A stretch of 64,000 bases of DNA from Burkholderiales bacterium. Its GTDB lineage: Bacteria > Pseudomonadota > Gammaproteobacteria > Burkholderiales > UBA11063. This document shows, piece by piece, positions 41,138-51,640 of the stretch. The notes below the pieces were generated by a model. That model was given only the letters and a program-made list of their open reading frames with translations, was not told the origin of the DNA and did no database searches. The stretch spans positions 7,418-71,417 of the forward strand of contig JAQUVM010000002.1 of the NCBI GenBank assembly GCA_028693355.1, given 5' to 3'. Position 1 is the first letter of the stretch. Every line of letters begins with the position of its first letter. The position numbers were made by a program, and so were the translations under genes.

Positions 41138-42046
41138 TTAATCTAAGTAAACTCTAATGCCAAGTGGTACATAGTTATTTTTTAAATTATTTAGTTGAAT
41201 TAGTTTATCTTCTGTTAGTTTGGATCTTTTTGCAATATTGAATAGAGTATCTCCACGGTTGATAATAATATAATGACGACCATTATTAGATACTTTAATC
41301 CTATCTTGAAAGTTTTGTATACCAGAGGATTTATCTGTAGTGGTAAATGTATTTTTAGTTGGACTTGTATCAACTATAGTATCATTGGTTTTAACTGGTT
41401 TAGTTACCGTTGTTTGAGGTGTAATAGCTAGATTTTGCTTTTGAGTCGTTACACTTTTTACTTGTTGATTTTTATTTAATTTTGTTAAATTTTGTTTTAG
41501 TTGAGATAGCTTATCTTGAAGTAATTTACGATTACTTGAGCTAATCTCATAATCATTATTTAAAAGCCCAGTTAGTGATTTAATTTTTAATTGTAATATT
41601 TCTTCTGTATTTTCATTTCCTGGATATGAGCTTATATAAAGCGCTGCTTTTGGATAGTTATTTTGCTCCAAGTATGCTTTAGTAATACCAATATAACCAG
41701 ATGTAGGTGGATATTTGCTCTGTAGTGCAGCTTCATAACTTTCAATTGCTGTATCATATTTTGCTTGAGTTGAATAACAGTCACCATAAGCACTTATGAC
41801 CATTGCTTGTTGTTTATTTATGCTGGGAGTTTTTATATTATTTGATGCAATGGCATAACTTTTTTTAAGTTGTGCTAGCGCTAAATCGTATTTACCGCTA
41901 TTACATAAATTGTTGGCATCCATTAAGCTCGCATCAAATGGATTTGATGGTTTTTTTACGGATGATTTCATTGTTTGATTTGTACTTGAACATGCCATCA
42001 TGAGCAAGATAGTCCCCGAATATAGTGCAATAAGTTTATTTTTCAT
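41138..42046 (-). CDS. Lipoprotein with TPR-like repeats and C-terminal LysM domain
   Basis: Lipobox LMMA-C; YDLALAQLKK / YDTAIESYEAAL helical repeats; YIIINRGDTLFNIAKR...LIQLNNL LysM. Confidence 0.75.
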   Translation of the reverse strand: MKNKLIALYSGTILLMMACSSTNQTMKSSVKKPSNPFDASLMDANNLCNSGKYDLALAQLKKSYAIASNNIKTPSINKQQAMVISAYGDCYSTQAKYDTAIESYEAALQSKYPPTSGYIGITKAYLEQNNYPKAALYISSYPGNENTEEILQLKIKSLTGLLNNDYEISSSNRKLLQDKLSQLKQNLTKLNKNQQVKSVTTQKQNLAITPQTTVTKPVKTNDTIVDTSPTKNTFTTTDKSSGIQNFQDRIKVSNNGRHYIIINRGDTLFNIAKRSKLTEDKLIQLNNLKNNYVPLGIRVYLD

Positions 42047-42091
42047 GTTTTAAATTTATCTTATACGTATTTATGATGAAATATTGATGAT

Positions 42092-42156
42092 ATTTTAACA
42101 CAATTATATTAGTATTATATGTATGATTAAATTTAACAATCACCATATGGTAAAAT
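42092..42156. promoter_or_regulatory. Divergent extended -10 promoters (LysM gene and M61 peptidase)
   Basis: TGTTAAAAT on minus at 42092-42100; TGGTAAAAT on plus at 42148-42156. Confidence 0.5.
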
Positions 42157-42185
42157 AGCTTAATTATTTGCAAATTTGAGGGAAT

Positions 42186-43928
42186 ATGATGATTCAATAT
42201 ATAATAAATCCACAGACTAATAAGCATATTTATGATGTTACTTTAAGATTTATGGCGAGCAAAAATACCCATGATCTATATTTACCAGCATGGATTCCTG
42301 GTAGTTATATGATTCGAGAATTTAGTAAGAATATTATTAAAATTAGTACAAATTTTGGAGCAATTTACCAACAAAATAAAAATACTTGGGGTATTACTAA
42401 TTTAGAAGCCGGTAAAATGGTAGAAGTTAGTTATCAAGTATATGCCTATGAATATGGTATTAGAACAGCATTTTTAGATAATTATCGTGGGTATTTTAAT
42501 CCAACTAGTTTATGTTTAGCTATTGATGGTTTTGAAGATAATGAGCATAGCGTAACATTTGCAAATAATCTGCCAGATATGTGGCAAGTTGCAGTTGGGC
42601 TTGATAATGTAAATGGTTGTTTTATTGCCAAAGATTATGATGAGTTATTAGATATGCCATTTGAAATTGGTTTATTAGAGCGCTATGAGTTTATCGTTGC
42701 GAATACGCCTCATTATCTTATTCTCTCTGGAAATATTTTACCTTTTGATAAAGAGCGTATAATTAGCGATATGACAAAGGTTTGTGAATATCAAATTAAA
42801 ATGTTTGGTGGCGTAGCTCCATATAAGCACTACACATTTATTTTAAATTTATCTGGTGAAGTATATACTGGATTAGAGCACCGTAATTCCACACTATTAA
42901 TGTCACCAAGTTATGCATTACCTAATTTAAATGGCACAAATGAAGATGATTATATAAAATTAATGGGATTAATTAGTCATGAATTTTTTCATACATGGAA
43001 TGTTAAGCGAATAAAACCCAAAGTATTTACACCATATAATTTGCAAGAAGAAAACTATACTAAATTATTATGGTGGTTTGAAGGTGTAACATCTTATTAT
43101 GATGATTTAGTTATGTATCGCAGTGGTGTTATTGATCAAAAGAAGTATCTTGGTTTTATAATTGATGCAATTAATAATGTTTACAAATTTGATGCAGTCA
43201 ATAAGCAAAGCGTTGCTAATAGTAGTTTAACTGCATGGATAAAGTATTATCGTCAAGATGAAAATAGCCCAAATAGCATTGTTAGTTATTATGTTAAAGG
43301 CTCTCTAGTGGCGATGTGCTTAGATTTACTTATTCGTGATAATACAAATTCAAAATATAGCTTAGACGATGTTTTGCGATATATGTTTACTAACTGGCAA
43401 AAAAATCCAGTAGGAGTTGATGAAGATGAAATTCCAAGCATTATAAAAGCAGCTACAGGTATTGACTTATCTGATTTTATTAAGTTAGCAACGGAAACTA
43501 CAGATATGTTACCTCTGGTTGATTTATTAGCTAAATTTGGCCTACATCTAAATACTCAAACAGCAAATAACTATCAAGATAGTGGCAAATATTATACATC
43601 CTTGAGCGACATTAAACCTAAAGTATCACTTGATTTAGGTATGAAATTAGATAAGCATTCATTAGGTTATATAGTGAAAAATGTTTATGCTAATACACCA
43701 GCTGAAAAGTCTGGTATCGCAGCTAATGATTTGATAATAGCTATAAATAGCACAAAATTAACTAATTTAGAACGTCAAATAAACTTTATTCAAGATGGTG
43801 AGATAGTTATGTTGTCTTTATTTAGACAAGAAAGTTTATTAGACATACCTATTGAAATTACTACGAGTAAAACGCAAAAATATAATTTAATCTTAGAGAA
43901 CCAATTAAACCTTGGTAGATGGTTATAA
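42186..43928 (+). CDS. M61 family metallopeptidase with C-terminal PDZ domain
   Basis: LPAWIPGSYMIREF; GLEHRNST; HEFFHTWNVKR (HExxH); WWFEGVTSYY; YYVKG; TPAEKSGIAANDLIIAIN. Confidence 0.93.
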   Translation: MMIQYIINPQTNKHIYDVTLRFMASKNTHDLYLPAWIPGSYMIREFSKNIIKISTNFGAIYQQNKNTWGITNLEAGKMVEVSYQVYAYEYGIRTAFLDNYRGYFNPTSLCLAIDGFEDNEHSVTFANNLPDMWQVAVGLDNVNGCFIAKDYDELLDMPFEIGLLERYEFIVANTPHYLILSGNILPFDKERIISDMTKVCEYQIKMFGGVAPYKHYTFILNLSGEVYTGLEHRNSTLLMSPSYALPNLNGTNEDDYIKLMGLISHEFFHTWNVKRIKPKVFTPYNLQEENYTKLLWWFEGVTSYYDDLVMYRSGVIDQKKYLGFIIDAINNVYKFDAVNKQSVANSSLTAWIKYYRQDENSPNSIVSYYVKGSLVAMCLDLLIRDNTNSKYSLDDVLRYMFTNWQKNPVGVDEDEIPSIIKAATGIDLSDFIKLATETTDMLPLVDLLAKFGLHLNTQTANNYQDSGKYYTSLSDIKPKVSLDLGMKLDKHSLGYIVKNVYANTPAEKSGIAANDLIIAINSTKLTNLERQINFIQDGEIVMLSLFRQESLLDIPIEITTSKTQKYNLILENQLNLGRWL

Positions 43929-43941
43929 AAAATATGTTAAT

Positions 43942-43982
43942 AATAAAAGGCATATATTTTACTTTGGTATATGCCTTTTATT
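43942..43982. terminator. Bidirectional terminator
   Basis: Perfect 15-bp stem aataaaaggcatata/tatatgccttttatt. Confidence 0.75.
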
Positions 43983-44100
43983 TGGGGAGCGGCATCATAA
44001 ACACTTTTAGAGCAGATTACATCTAATGTTGTAATCTGTGCTGGTATTATTATATTTAGTTTTATTTTAGTATAAAAATTTAAAGTTTATATGTTGTATA

Positions 44101-47100
44101 TTAATTATCTTCTTCAATTGGCATAAATTGTACGCTAGATTTAAAATTATTTAAAATTTGCTCATTAAGTTCAGTTGGCTTTATTTCTGGACTATGTATG
44201 TCACCAGTAATTTTAAAGTTTACAGCTAGAAGTTTATTGATTGGATCTCCAATTAATTTTTGAGCAAAATATACAAGACCTCCAATAATTGGGTTCAATG
44301 TTACAACTCCAGCGGTTGTAGCAATAGTTGCTCCCATTTTAGGCTCTACTGTTAGATAGGCGTCTATTTGTTGGCTATCAATATAATATTTACCAAATGA
44401 TTTAATAAATGCTGAATCACCATTTAATGTCATATTAGCTACACTAACTGTATTATCATGTATTTTAAAATTACTTATTAGATTTTTATATTGAAAGCTC
44501 TGACCAAATAAATTATTGAAATTCAAGCTATTTACACTAGAAATTGCGCCTAGGCTTACAACACCCATAAATGTTCCAACTATTCCAGGTTTAACTTTTA
44601 ATAATGTGCCATTCTCAATATTTATGTTGGAGTATAGGGTCAGATTTTGTTTCTTAAAGTCTAAGAGATTGCCGTCATAGTAAGCATTAATATTAATAGA
44701 GCCATTACCACCTTTAAACATATCACCTTGGTTAAATTTTGTTGCTAATTGCCCAAAGTTTTTAACATTCGTATGCATATTAATAGCCGCCATTTTGTCT
44801 TCTGTATTATTATCACAAAATAGACAATGCATAAATCCATTTAAATGACTACTTGACGATGCATTATTTAGAGTTATATTTTCAAGGTATAAGTCATTGC
44901 TTTGTTGAACTATATTACCTTTTACAGATCCTAAGAATGCATTGTTTAGATAAAGATTTTCTATAGAAATTAATATGTCGGGCAATTGTATTTTTTTAGA
45001 TAGTATGACGCTGCTTTCGTGGTTATTACTTTCTATATTTTTTATTGGTAAAATATGTTCATTATTAATAATTTGTGATGATTCAATATTATGAATGGAT
45101 TCTACGTTAGTTAGAACAATATTACTTTCATCAGTAGCAACCGCTATAACTTGTGCTGCTGTTTGGTTTGGATGTTGAATATTATTTTCAACAGAAATTA
45201 ATAAACGTTTTAAGTCTATACTTAAATTATTTTCAGAAGCACTATATCCAATTTTACCATTTACATCTGGTGTATTTATATTTGCAGTTACTAATTCATG
45301 TGGATAAATAGTTGCATTAATACTTCCACCATTAAAATTATAATTATTAAACCAAAAAGCATCAGAGTTTATATTTATATTAACGGGGAATATATGATTG
45401 TCGTCATCATAACTCTCAGACTCTTGAATCTGGCTTTCTAATTTTATAGCAGTGGTTTTGGCTAATTTATCAGAGACCTGATTAATAAATGCAAGCCATT
45501 TATGTATGTAAATATTATCTAAGTTTATATTGATATTAGTTTTATATTGGGTAGAGCTTTCAAATTCTTTGGGTTCACCAATATTAACATTTAAATTCTT
45601 TAAGGAAAAATTGTCTTCTAAATTTACATTAGATGTAATTATATTACTATAGTAGGCTTGTATATTTTTATTGCTAATATTTGCAATTACTGATAAATCT
45701 CTAATGTCATTAATAGATTTTCCTATTGGATCTGGAATATTTATATAAACGCCTTGTAAATTACTATTTATCTTTACAATATTATTGTCTATATTATATT
45801 CAATAGATGTTTTAGATGCCCCTTCGATAGTTGATTCTAAGGCAGGAGCAGTTTTATTGATTAGAGCAGAGTAGTTTAATTGTGGGAAATTTATGTTTAT
45901 ACTCTTAGGGGTTATGTTTGCATCAAATATTGAGTCTAGAACAACTCCTTGTGCTTTGCCTGATGTTAAACCTTTTTGCGTGAATGAGATTATGGCATTT
46001 ACATTTGAAATAGAAGAAGATTCTCCATTAAATGAGAACTCATTATTCTGTAATAAATGTTTACCTGTTACAGTAGCTTTTTCAGGATTATTAATTGGAA
46101 CTTTAAGATCTATTATTGTTTTACCATCTCCAGTCACGGATATTTTTTCTAGTAATTGTTCAATATCTTTTTTGTATGGTGTTTCATTAATACTTTGTAA
46201 CAAATTATTAGTAGAGCCATTAATTACTACACTTCCTACTATAATTGGCGAGTCTGCCATGATATTTGGAATTTGTATTTTATGTGCGGATATAGACATT
46301 TTTGCTATATTGCCATTGCCAGATAGATTTAAGATTGTATTTTTATCTAATTGGAATTTACCGTGGATATTTTCTAATTTAGGATAATCATTTATCACAT
46401 TATAACTTATATTATTTAATTCACCTTTCAAATTTAACTTATTAACATTATCAGACTCTTTAAATGGTATGTTATTTATATCGCCATTTATATTAATCTG
46501 TAGATTATTTATATAGCCACTTATGTCATTTTTTAAGCTGCTAATAGTATATTTATCTAGTGAATTTGGTAAGTATTTATAAATTTGGCTTAAATTTATA
46601 GATTTCGTTACTGCTGATGCTATTAGATGATTATGAGTATCATGGTAAGAACCACTAGATTTAACCGTAAAGTCAGGAGTTACAAACGTGCTATCTTTCC
46701 ATGTTAACATCCATGATTCAGATTCTTTTTGCCAGTTTATTGTAGAATTAAAGCTATTAATATTTATTGGTTGATACAAATATTTGTTTGCTGTTATCTT
46801 ACTATTATTCAGAGATAATGTTATTTCTCCATGATCTAAGGTTGAATTAATTTTTCCAGATAGATTAGTGAAGCTGGGTATGCTTTCATTATACGAAGTT
46901 AGATTTACATTTGAAATAGATGAATTTAAACTAATGTTTTTTGGATTACGAATATTTCCAAACCAGTATATATTGGTAGCATTAAGATTGCCACTTAAAT
47001 TTAGCAATGTACTTTCCGCCATGTAATTAATTAAACCAGTTATACCATTTAATTTTACATTCTTTATATCTAGTGATCCACCATTTTCTAAATCAATATT

Positions 47101-48084
47101 TCCTACTATTGAAGCATTATTGAATAAATATCCATAGTTAGTATTAATTAATAGATTTTTTGCGGCAACAGTATATTTGTTATACCCATTGTTTAATACA
47201 TTAATATTGCCTTTGAAGGCTGTTATATCCCCAAAGTTATTACTATAGCTAGTGAATACATTATCATTACTATCTAGATTCGCTTTGATATAATCAATTT
47301 GATGATCAACTACAAGTGAATTAATGCTTACTCTATATCCATGTGGAGTCATTGCATTTATGGATAACTTGCCGTTAACCCAAGTTCTATAGTCAAATGT
47401 ATCAAGACCATCATACTCTAATTTACTTATAAATTGATTATCTTTTATTTTAGCAGACATTGTTAATTGTCTGGCATATTGACCATCATGATTAAAGTGT
47501 AGAGTATAATCATTAATACTTAATGGCTTAAAATTATGTTTATTATCTTTGAATGAGACATTAATATTAGTAATGTCAATGCTTCCTTGTTGATTGACTA
47601 AATATCCTAAATTAATATCTGAGCCTTCATCATTTAAATTAGATATTACTACGCCATTTAATGTGATATCGTCATTCTTTTCTAATGTAAGGTATAAGCT
47701 TGAATTATTTATTTGTAGCTTATTAAAAATAGGAGCAAAACTTAATATACTACGATACGATAGTATCATATCTAAATTTGAGAGCTTTAAAATACGAGAT
47801 TTATTAACTGCTGAACTTAATATTAGATTATCTATTTTTAAAAAAGGCATTCCTGTTGCAGTAAATCCACTATCTAATTTACTATAGTCAATTTCCAGAC
47901 CTATAAAATTCTTAAAAATTAGCTGTAAGTCTTCTTTGTGATGAGATAATCTAGTAAAGACAATAGCAGTACTAGCTATAGCTGCCGTACTCACAAGAAT
48001 AGATATATTTGCGGTATGTCTTAAATATTTAAATAAAATTTTTTTATTTGGTTTTTTTATTTTTGATATTTGTTTTGCAGTCAT
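44101..48084 (-). CDS. yhdP: YhdP / AsmA-like intermembrane phospholipid transport protein
   Basis: 1327 aa; N-terminal TM anchor; beta-taco repeats; C-terminal NPIIGGLVYFAQKL and FKITGDIHSP. Confidence 0.75.
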   Translation of the reverse strand: MTAKQISKIKKPNKKILFKYLRHTANISILVSTAAIASTAIVFTRLSHHKEDLQLIFKNFIGLEIDYSKLDSGFTATGMPFLKIDNLILSSAVNKSRILKLSNLDMILSYRSILSFAPIFNKLQINNSSLYLTLEKNDDITLNGVVISNLNDEGSDINLGYLVNQQGSIDITNINVSFKDNKHNFKPLSINDYTLHFNHDGQYARQLTMSAKIKDNQFISKLEYDGLDTFDYRTWVNGKLSINAMTPHGYRVSINSLVVDHQIDYIKANLDSNDNVFTSYSNNFGDITAFKGNINVLNNGYNKYTVAAKNLLINTNYGYLFNNASIVGNIDLENGGSLDIKNVKLNGITGLINYMAESTLLNLSGNLNATNIYWFGNIRNPKNISLNSSISNVNLTSYNESIPSFTNLSGKINSTLDHGEITLSLNNSKITANKYLYQPININSFNSTINWQKESESWMLTWKDSTFVTPDFTVKSSGSYHDTHNHLIASAVTKSINLSQIYKYLPNSLDKYTISSLKNDISGYINNLQININGDINNIPFKESDNVNKLNLKGELNNISYNVINDYPKLENIHGKFQLDKNTILNLSGNGNIAKMSISAHKIQIPNIMADSPIIVGSVVINGSTNNLLQSINETPYKKDIEQLLEKISVTGDGKTIIDLKVPINNPEKATVTGKHLLQNNEFSFNGESSSISNVNAIISFTQKGLTSGKAQGVVLDSIFDANITPKSININFPQLNYSALINKTAPALESTIEGASKTSIEYNIDNNIVKINSNLQGVYINIPDPIGKSINDIRDLSVIANISNKNIQAYYSNIITSNVNLEDNFSLKNLNVNIGEPKEFESSTQYKTNININLDNIYIHKWLAFINQVSDKLAKTTAIKLESQIQESESYDDDNHIFPVNININSDAFWFNNYNFNGGSINATIYPHELVTANINTPDVNGKIGYSASENNLSIDLKRLLISVENNIQHPNQTAAQVIAVATDESNIVLTNVESIHNIESSQIINNEHILPIKNIESNNHESSVILSKKIQLPDILISIENLYLNNAFLGSVKGNIVQQSNDLYLENITLNNASSSSHLNGFMHCLFCDNNTEDKMAAINMHTNVKNFGQLATKFNQGDMFKGGNGSININAYYDGNLLDFKKQNLTLYSNINIENGTLLKVKPGIVGTFMGVVSLGAISSVNSLNFNNLFGQSFQYKNLISNFKIHDNTVSVANMTLNGDSAFIKSFGKYYIDSQQIDAYLTVEPKMGATIATTAGVVTLNPIIGGLVYFAQKLIGDPINKLLAVNFKITGDIHSPEIKPTELNEQILNNFKSSVQFMPIEEDN

Positions 48085-48093
48085 TTATATACT

Positions 48094-48879
48094 CTAATAT
48101 ATATTAGGAAGTAAAAAATAAACGTTGCCAAATTTATCTAATTCATCAGGTTTTTGATTTAGATAATCATAAGCACTACCTTGATTTATATTTGGAAAGT
48201 CTTCAATATCATTGCCAATAAATGCTATAGTTTGTAATGTTGAAAATGTTTTAGTTGTTATTATATTTTCATAATCACCAGATAATATAGCTTGAAAATT
48301 AGGGTTTTTATTTGTGTCATTTTTATCATGAGCAAATATTATCGAGTCGTAGCATACACTCTCTTTTTTTAAATTATCTTCTGTGGCTTTTATAATATTT
48401 GAGCTTGATGGGTTTTGTGTTTCTGGGTAACGATTTGTAATAATAATAATTTTACCCCCAAGTTTTTGAATAGAGCAACTAAATTCAGCCATGCCTGGGT
48501 TTACAGGTAATGGAAATTGCTCAATAAATTTTGTAATATTTTCTTCATTAGAGACACATCCGATTTGCTGATAATGTTTGAATGCAGAGGTATCTAAAAT
48601 TGTGCCATCGAGCCCCATTACAATTGCCCAAGGATCTTTTTTTATATTGATAGATTTAGTGTTTTTATAAATTTCTTCATATGCATTATTTAATATCTGA
48701 TGAAACATAGCACTTTTTTCAGCTAGTAACCTCGAACTTTGAACATTACTCTCAGACATTATATTGGCATCTTTTGTATTGTTGCTTATGCATTGATTTA
48801 GACTATCCTCTGCAAAAGCAAAGTTTGTTACTAATAATATAAAAATATATATATTAAATTGTATGCATTTTTTTAACAT
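48094..48879 (-). CDS. Secreted class C acid phosphatase / e(P4)-like HAD protein lacking the nucleophile Asp (start probably ATG 48879)
   Basis: Signal peptide AFA-E; WAIVMGLDGTILD versus family DxDET; IITNR; IGNDIEDF; FLLPNIY. Confidence 0.65.
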   Translation of the reverse strand: MLKKCIQFNIYIFILLVTNFAFAEDSLNQCISNNTKDANIMSESNVQSSRLLAEKSAMFHQILNNAYEEIYKNTKSINIKKDPWAIVMGLDGTILDTSAFKHYQQIGCVSNEENITKFIEQFPLPVNPGMAEFSCSIQKLGGKIIIITNRYPETQNPSSSNIIKATEDNLKKESVCYDSIIFAHDKNDTNKNPNFQAILSGDYENIITTKTFSTLQTIAFIGNDIEDFPNINQGSAYDYLNQKPDELDKFGNVYFLLPNIY

Positions 48880-48886
48880 AGTTTTA

Positions 48887-49654
48887 TTATTGAGTTTCCA
48901 AAAAAGAACGAACACGTACTAGATCTTCTGCTGTATCAACTCCAGCTATTGGAGCATTTTCTGTTGTCATTACAGATATTTCGTATCCATAATACATGGC
49001 CCGTAATTGTTCTAATGATTCCATTTGTTCTAATGCACATGGGGCTAAATTTTCATATGCTCTAAGAAATGATACTTGATATGCATATATACCAATATGA
49101 CGTAATACCTCTAAAGACTGGTTAATCTGGCGAGTGGCTTGATTGTAGCCATCTCTGTAATATGGTATTGGCGCTCTTGAGAAATATAATGCATTGGCCT
49201 TATTGTTTAATACTACTTTTACTACATTAGAGTTGAATATTTCATCTTCTGAATTAATTTTATGTGCAATGGTTGCAATAGATGTTTTTTTTGTAGCTAT
49301 GAAATTTGCTAAATTATTAATCAATACAGGGTCTATTAATGGTTCATCTCCTTGTACATTGATAATAATTTCATCATTTGACATTTGTAATTTATTTACC
49401 ACTTCGGCAATGCGATCTGTTCCAGATTGATGGTCGACCTTAGTCATTACAACATTTAAATTATGGGCTTTACATTCATTGAAGATGTCTTCATGGTCTG
49501 TTGCTATAACTACTTGAGATGCTTCACTCTTTAGTGCTTGTTTTGCTACTCGTATTATCAATGGCAAACCAGCAACATCAAGCATCATTTTGCCTGGAAG
49601 TCTAGTCGAACTCATGCGGGCAGGAATTACGATGGTAAATTTTGTCTTACTCAT
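48887..49654 (-). CDS. kdsB: 3-deoxy-manno-octulosonate cytidylyltransferase
   Basis: [13 protein letters not shown]; SGTDRIAE; INVQGDEP; ALYFSR; RHIGIYAY; LEQLRA. Confidence 0.97.
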   Translation of the reverse strand: MSKTKFTIVIPARMSSTRLPGKMMLDVAGLPLIIRVAKQALKSEASQVVIATDHEDIFNECKAHNLNVVMTKVDHQSGTDRIAEVVNKLQMSNDEIIINVQGDEPLIDPVLINNLANFIATKKTSIATIAHKINSEDEIFNSNVVKVVLNNKANALYFSRAPIPYYRDGYNQATRQINQSLEVLRHIGIYAYQVSFLRAYENLAPCALEQMESLEQLRAMYYGYEISVMTTENAPIAGVDTAEDLVRVRSFLETQ

Positions 49655-49817
49655 TTTCTAAACTTCTAGCTTCATCAATAAGCATTACCGGTATTCCATC
49701 GTCAATAGGGAATGCTAATTTACATTTATTACAATGTAACTCTTCTTTATCTTTATGGTATTCTAATCCTGCTTTGCATATTGGACATACCAATATTTCT
49801 AATAATTTACTATCCAT
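49647..49817 (-). CDS. ycaR: Trm112/UPF0434 family protein (start probably ATG 49817)
   Basis: [15 protein letters not shown]...[11 protein letters not shown]; between lpxK and kdsB. Confidence 0.93.
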   Translation of the reverse strand: MDSKLLEILVCPICKAGLEYHKDKEELHCNKCKLAFPIDDGIPVMLIDEARSLENE

Positions 49818-49853
49818 GTTAATTTCTTCTCTAAAAAGCATTTTTAATAAGAA

Positions 49854-50864
49854 TTATACTAAATTAATAATCTTATTAATTAATTCATCCGAGTTTAGTT
49901 TAGCAGATACTTCTGTAATCCAAACATTTTTTGGTTTAAATTTAGCCAGTTTTGTGTAATCTTTTTCAGTCGTTATTATATCAAGATTACTAACTATGTC
50001 ATGCTCTTGATAATGGTAATGATCCGGAAATGTTTTGACACCTTTTATTTTTTGGCCTAATTTTTCTAGATAATCATAAAATCTACCTGGGTTACCAATA
50101 GCTGCCATGGCATATATATGACGTTTTGCCATCTCACTAGCTGTTAATTTTTCATTGGTTACCGGATTATAAAAGCATTTGAATTGTAGCTCTTGATGGA
50201 AAATATGTGTTTTATATTTATTTAAAATTTCATTTAGTTTAACTTGATTATAGTCACCATTTATTACAATTGCAGAAACTTTATTTAATCTATTCATTGA
50301 CTCTCTAAGTGGGCCAACTGGTAATAATTGCTGATTTCCAAACATCCGACTACTATCCACGACACAGATTTCCATATTTCTACGTAATGCATAGTGCTGC
50401 ATCCCATCATCAGCTAAAATGATTTTTATATTCGGATGCTGTTTCAATAGTGCACGAGCTGCATTTACGCGCTTACTGCCAATTGCAACCTTATAGCCAG
50501 ATGATGCATAAATTAAAGCTTCGTCTCCAACTTCATCACTTGTGTGTTCAGGTGTTACAATAGTTATGCCTTTGTTTTTACTTTTATACCCACGCAACAC
50601 AATTCCAAATTCTACACCTCTAGCCGTTAATTCTTCTGCAATATGTTTGGTTAATGGTGTTTTACCAGCTCCGCCAACGCTTATATTGCCAATGATGACA
50701 ACAGGTACTTTGATTTTTGTCGATGGTAGTATTCTAAGTGTAAACAAGAGTTTACGTATGGATATAACTAACTCATACAGAATACTAAAAGGAAAAAGGA
50801 TTATTAGTAAAAATGGGTCTAATTTTGCATACCAATGACGTTCAATGATTGTTTGTAGTTTCAT
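49854..50864 (-). CDS. lpxK: Tetraacyldisaccharide 4'-kinase
   Basis: VGNI-like IGNISVGGAGKTP; VGDEAL; ADDGMQH; LPVGPLRE; FPDHY; TTEKD. Confidence 0.96.
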   Translation of the reverse strand: MKLQTIIERHWYAKLDPFLLIILFPFSILYELVISIRKLLFTLRILPSTKIKVPVVIIGNISVGGAGKTPLTKHIAEELTARGVEFGIVLRGYKSKNKGITIVTPEHTSDEVGDEALIYASSGYKVAIGSKRVNAARALLKQHPNIKIILADDGMQHYALRRNMEICVVDSSRMFGNQQLLPVGPLRESMNRLNKVSAIVINGDYNQVKLNEILNKYKTHIFHQELQFKCFYNPVTNEKLTASEMAKRHIYAMAAIGNPGRFYDYLEKLGQKIKGVKTFPDHYHYQEHDIVSNLDIITTEKDYTKLAKFKPKNVWITEVSAKLNSDELINKIINLV

Positions 50865-50874
50865 ATTTGTGTTG

Positions 50875-50883
50875 TGCTATAAT
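50875..50883 (+). promoter_or_regulatory. Extended -10 promoter of the HAD-ArnT-GT22 run
   Basis: TGCTATAAT; 12-mer tgctataattac identical to the trxA promoter. Confidence 0.55.
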
Positions 50884-50964
50884 TACATGATATTAGTGTT
50901 ATATGAATATATTATACACTATTAATATTTGTTAAAAACATATTGATTATTTAGAAAAGATTTT

Positions 50965-51618
50965 ATGCATTTAGTTTTATTTGATATGGATCATACTTTA
51001 ATACCGAATGATACAGGGTATTTATGGGCGCAGTTTTTGCAAGAAAAAGGTTTACTGAGCAGTGAGCAGGTGAGTCTTAGAAAAGAAATACTTGCTGATT
51101 ATTTTGCAGGTACATTAGATCTGAGCCGCGCTTATGGTTTTGAGATCGATATATTAAATGGACTAGGCCATAGAACGGATGACTTGTTGCAAGAGTTTGT
51201 ACAAACAAAAGTTATTCCTTTAATTACAGATAAAGCAATTACACAAGTACAACAACATAAAAGTAATGGTGATTATTTGGTTATGATTACTGCAACGCTA
51301 AATAATTTAGCTAAGTATATTTCTGAATTCTTTGGCATGGATGCATTAATTGCGAGTAGGGCAGATATTAATGATGATGGTAGCTTATCTTATAAACTAA
51401 TTAATGATGCATGTATGGGACGTGGTAAATTGGTTCATTTAGAACATTGGTTAACTGAAAATAGTTTTAACCCCACTGAGTATACATTTTATTCTGATTC
51501 ACATAATGATATTCCATTACTTGAGCAAGTTGATAATCCAATCGTAGTTGATCCAGATGATAAATTACTTGAGATTGCCAAGAGTAACTCTTGGAAGATA
51601 ATTTCGTTTATGAACTAA
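50965..51618 (+). CDS. HAD-IB (SerB-like) hydrolase
   Basis: LFDMDHTL; ITAT; GRGK; FYSDSHNDIPLL. Confidence 0.9.
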   Translation: MHLVLFDMDHTLIPNDTGYLWAQFLQEKGLLSSEQVSLRKEILADYFAGTLDLSRAYGFEIDILNGLGHRTDDLLQEFVQTKVIPLITDKAITQVQQHKSNGDYLVMITATLNNLAKYISEFFGMDALIASRADINDDGSLSYKLINDACMGRGKLVHLEHWLTENSFNPTEYTFYSDSHNDIPLLEQVDNPIVVDPDDKLLEIAKSNSWKIISFMN

Positions 51619-51640
51619 TAAAGTAGATAAAGAGTTTCTC

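Noticed and set aside
43983-44042. GGGGAGCG plus a cagattaca/tgtaatctg hairpin as a ZTP riboswitch
   Set aside because: Lacks the GACUGGCG and 3' CGCCUGGG elements and lies between convergent 3' ends; more likely a second terminator for yhdP
44900-45500. Glu/Ser/Asn-rich low-complexity patches in YhdP as inserted repeats
   Set aside because: No nucleotide periodicity or similarity to the palindrome family; likely variable loops
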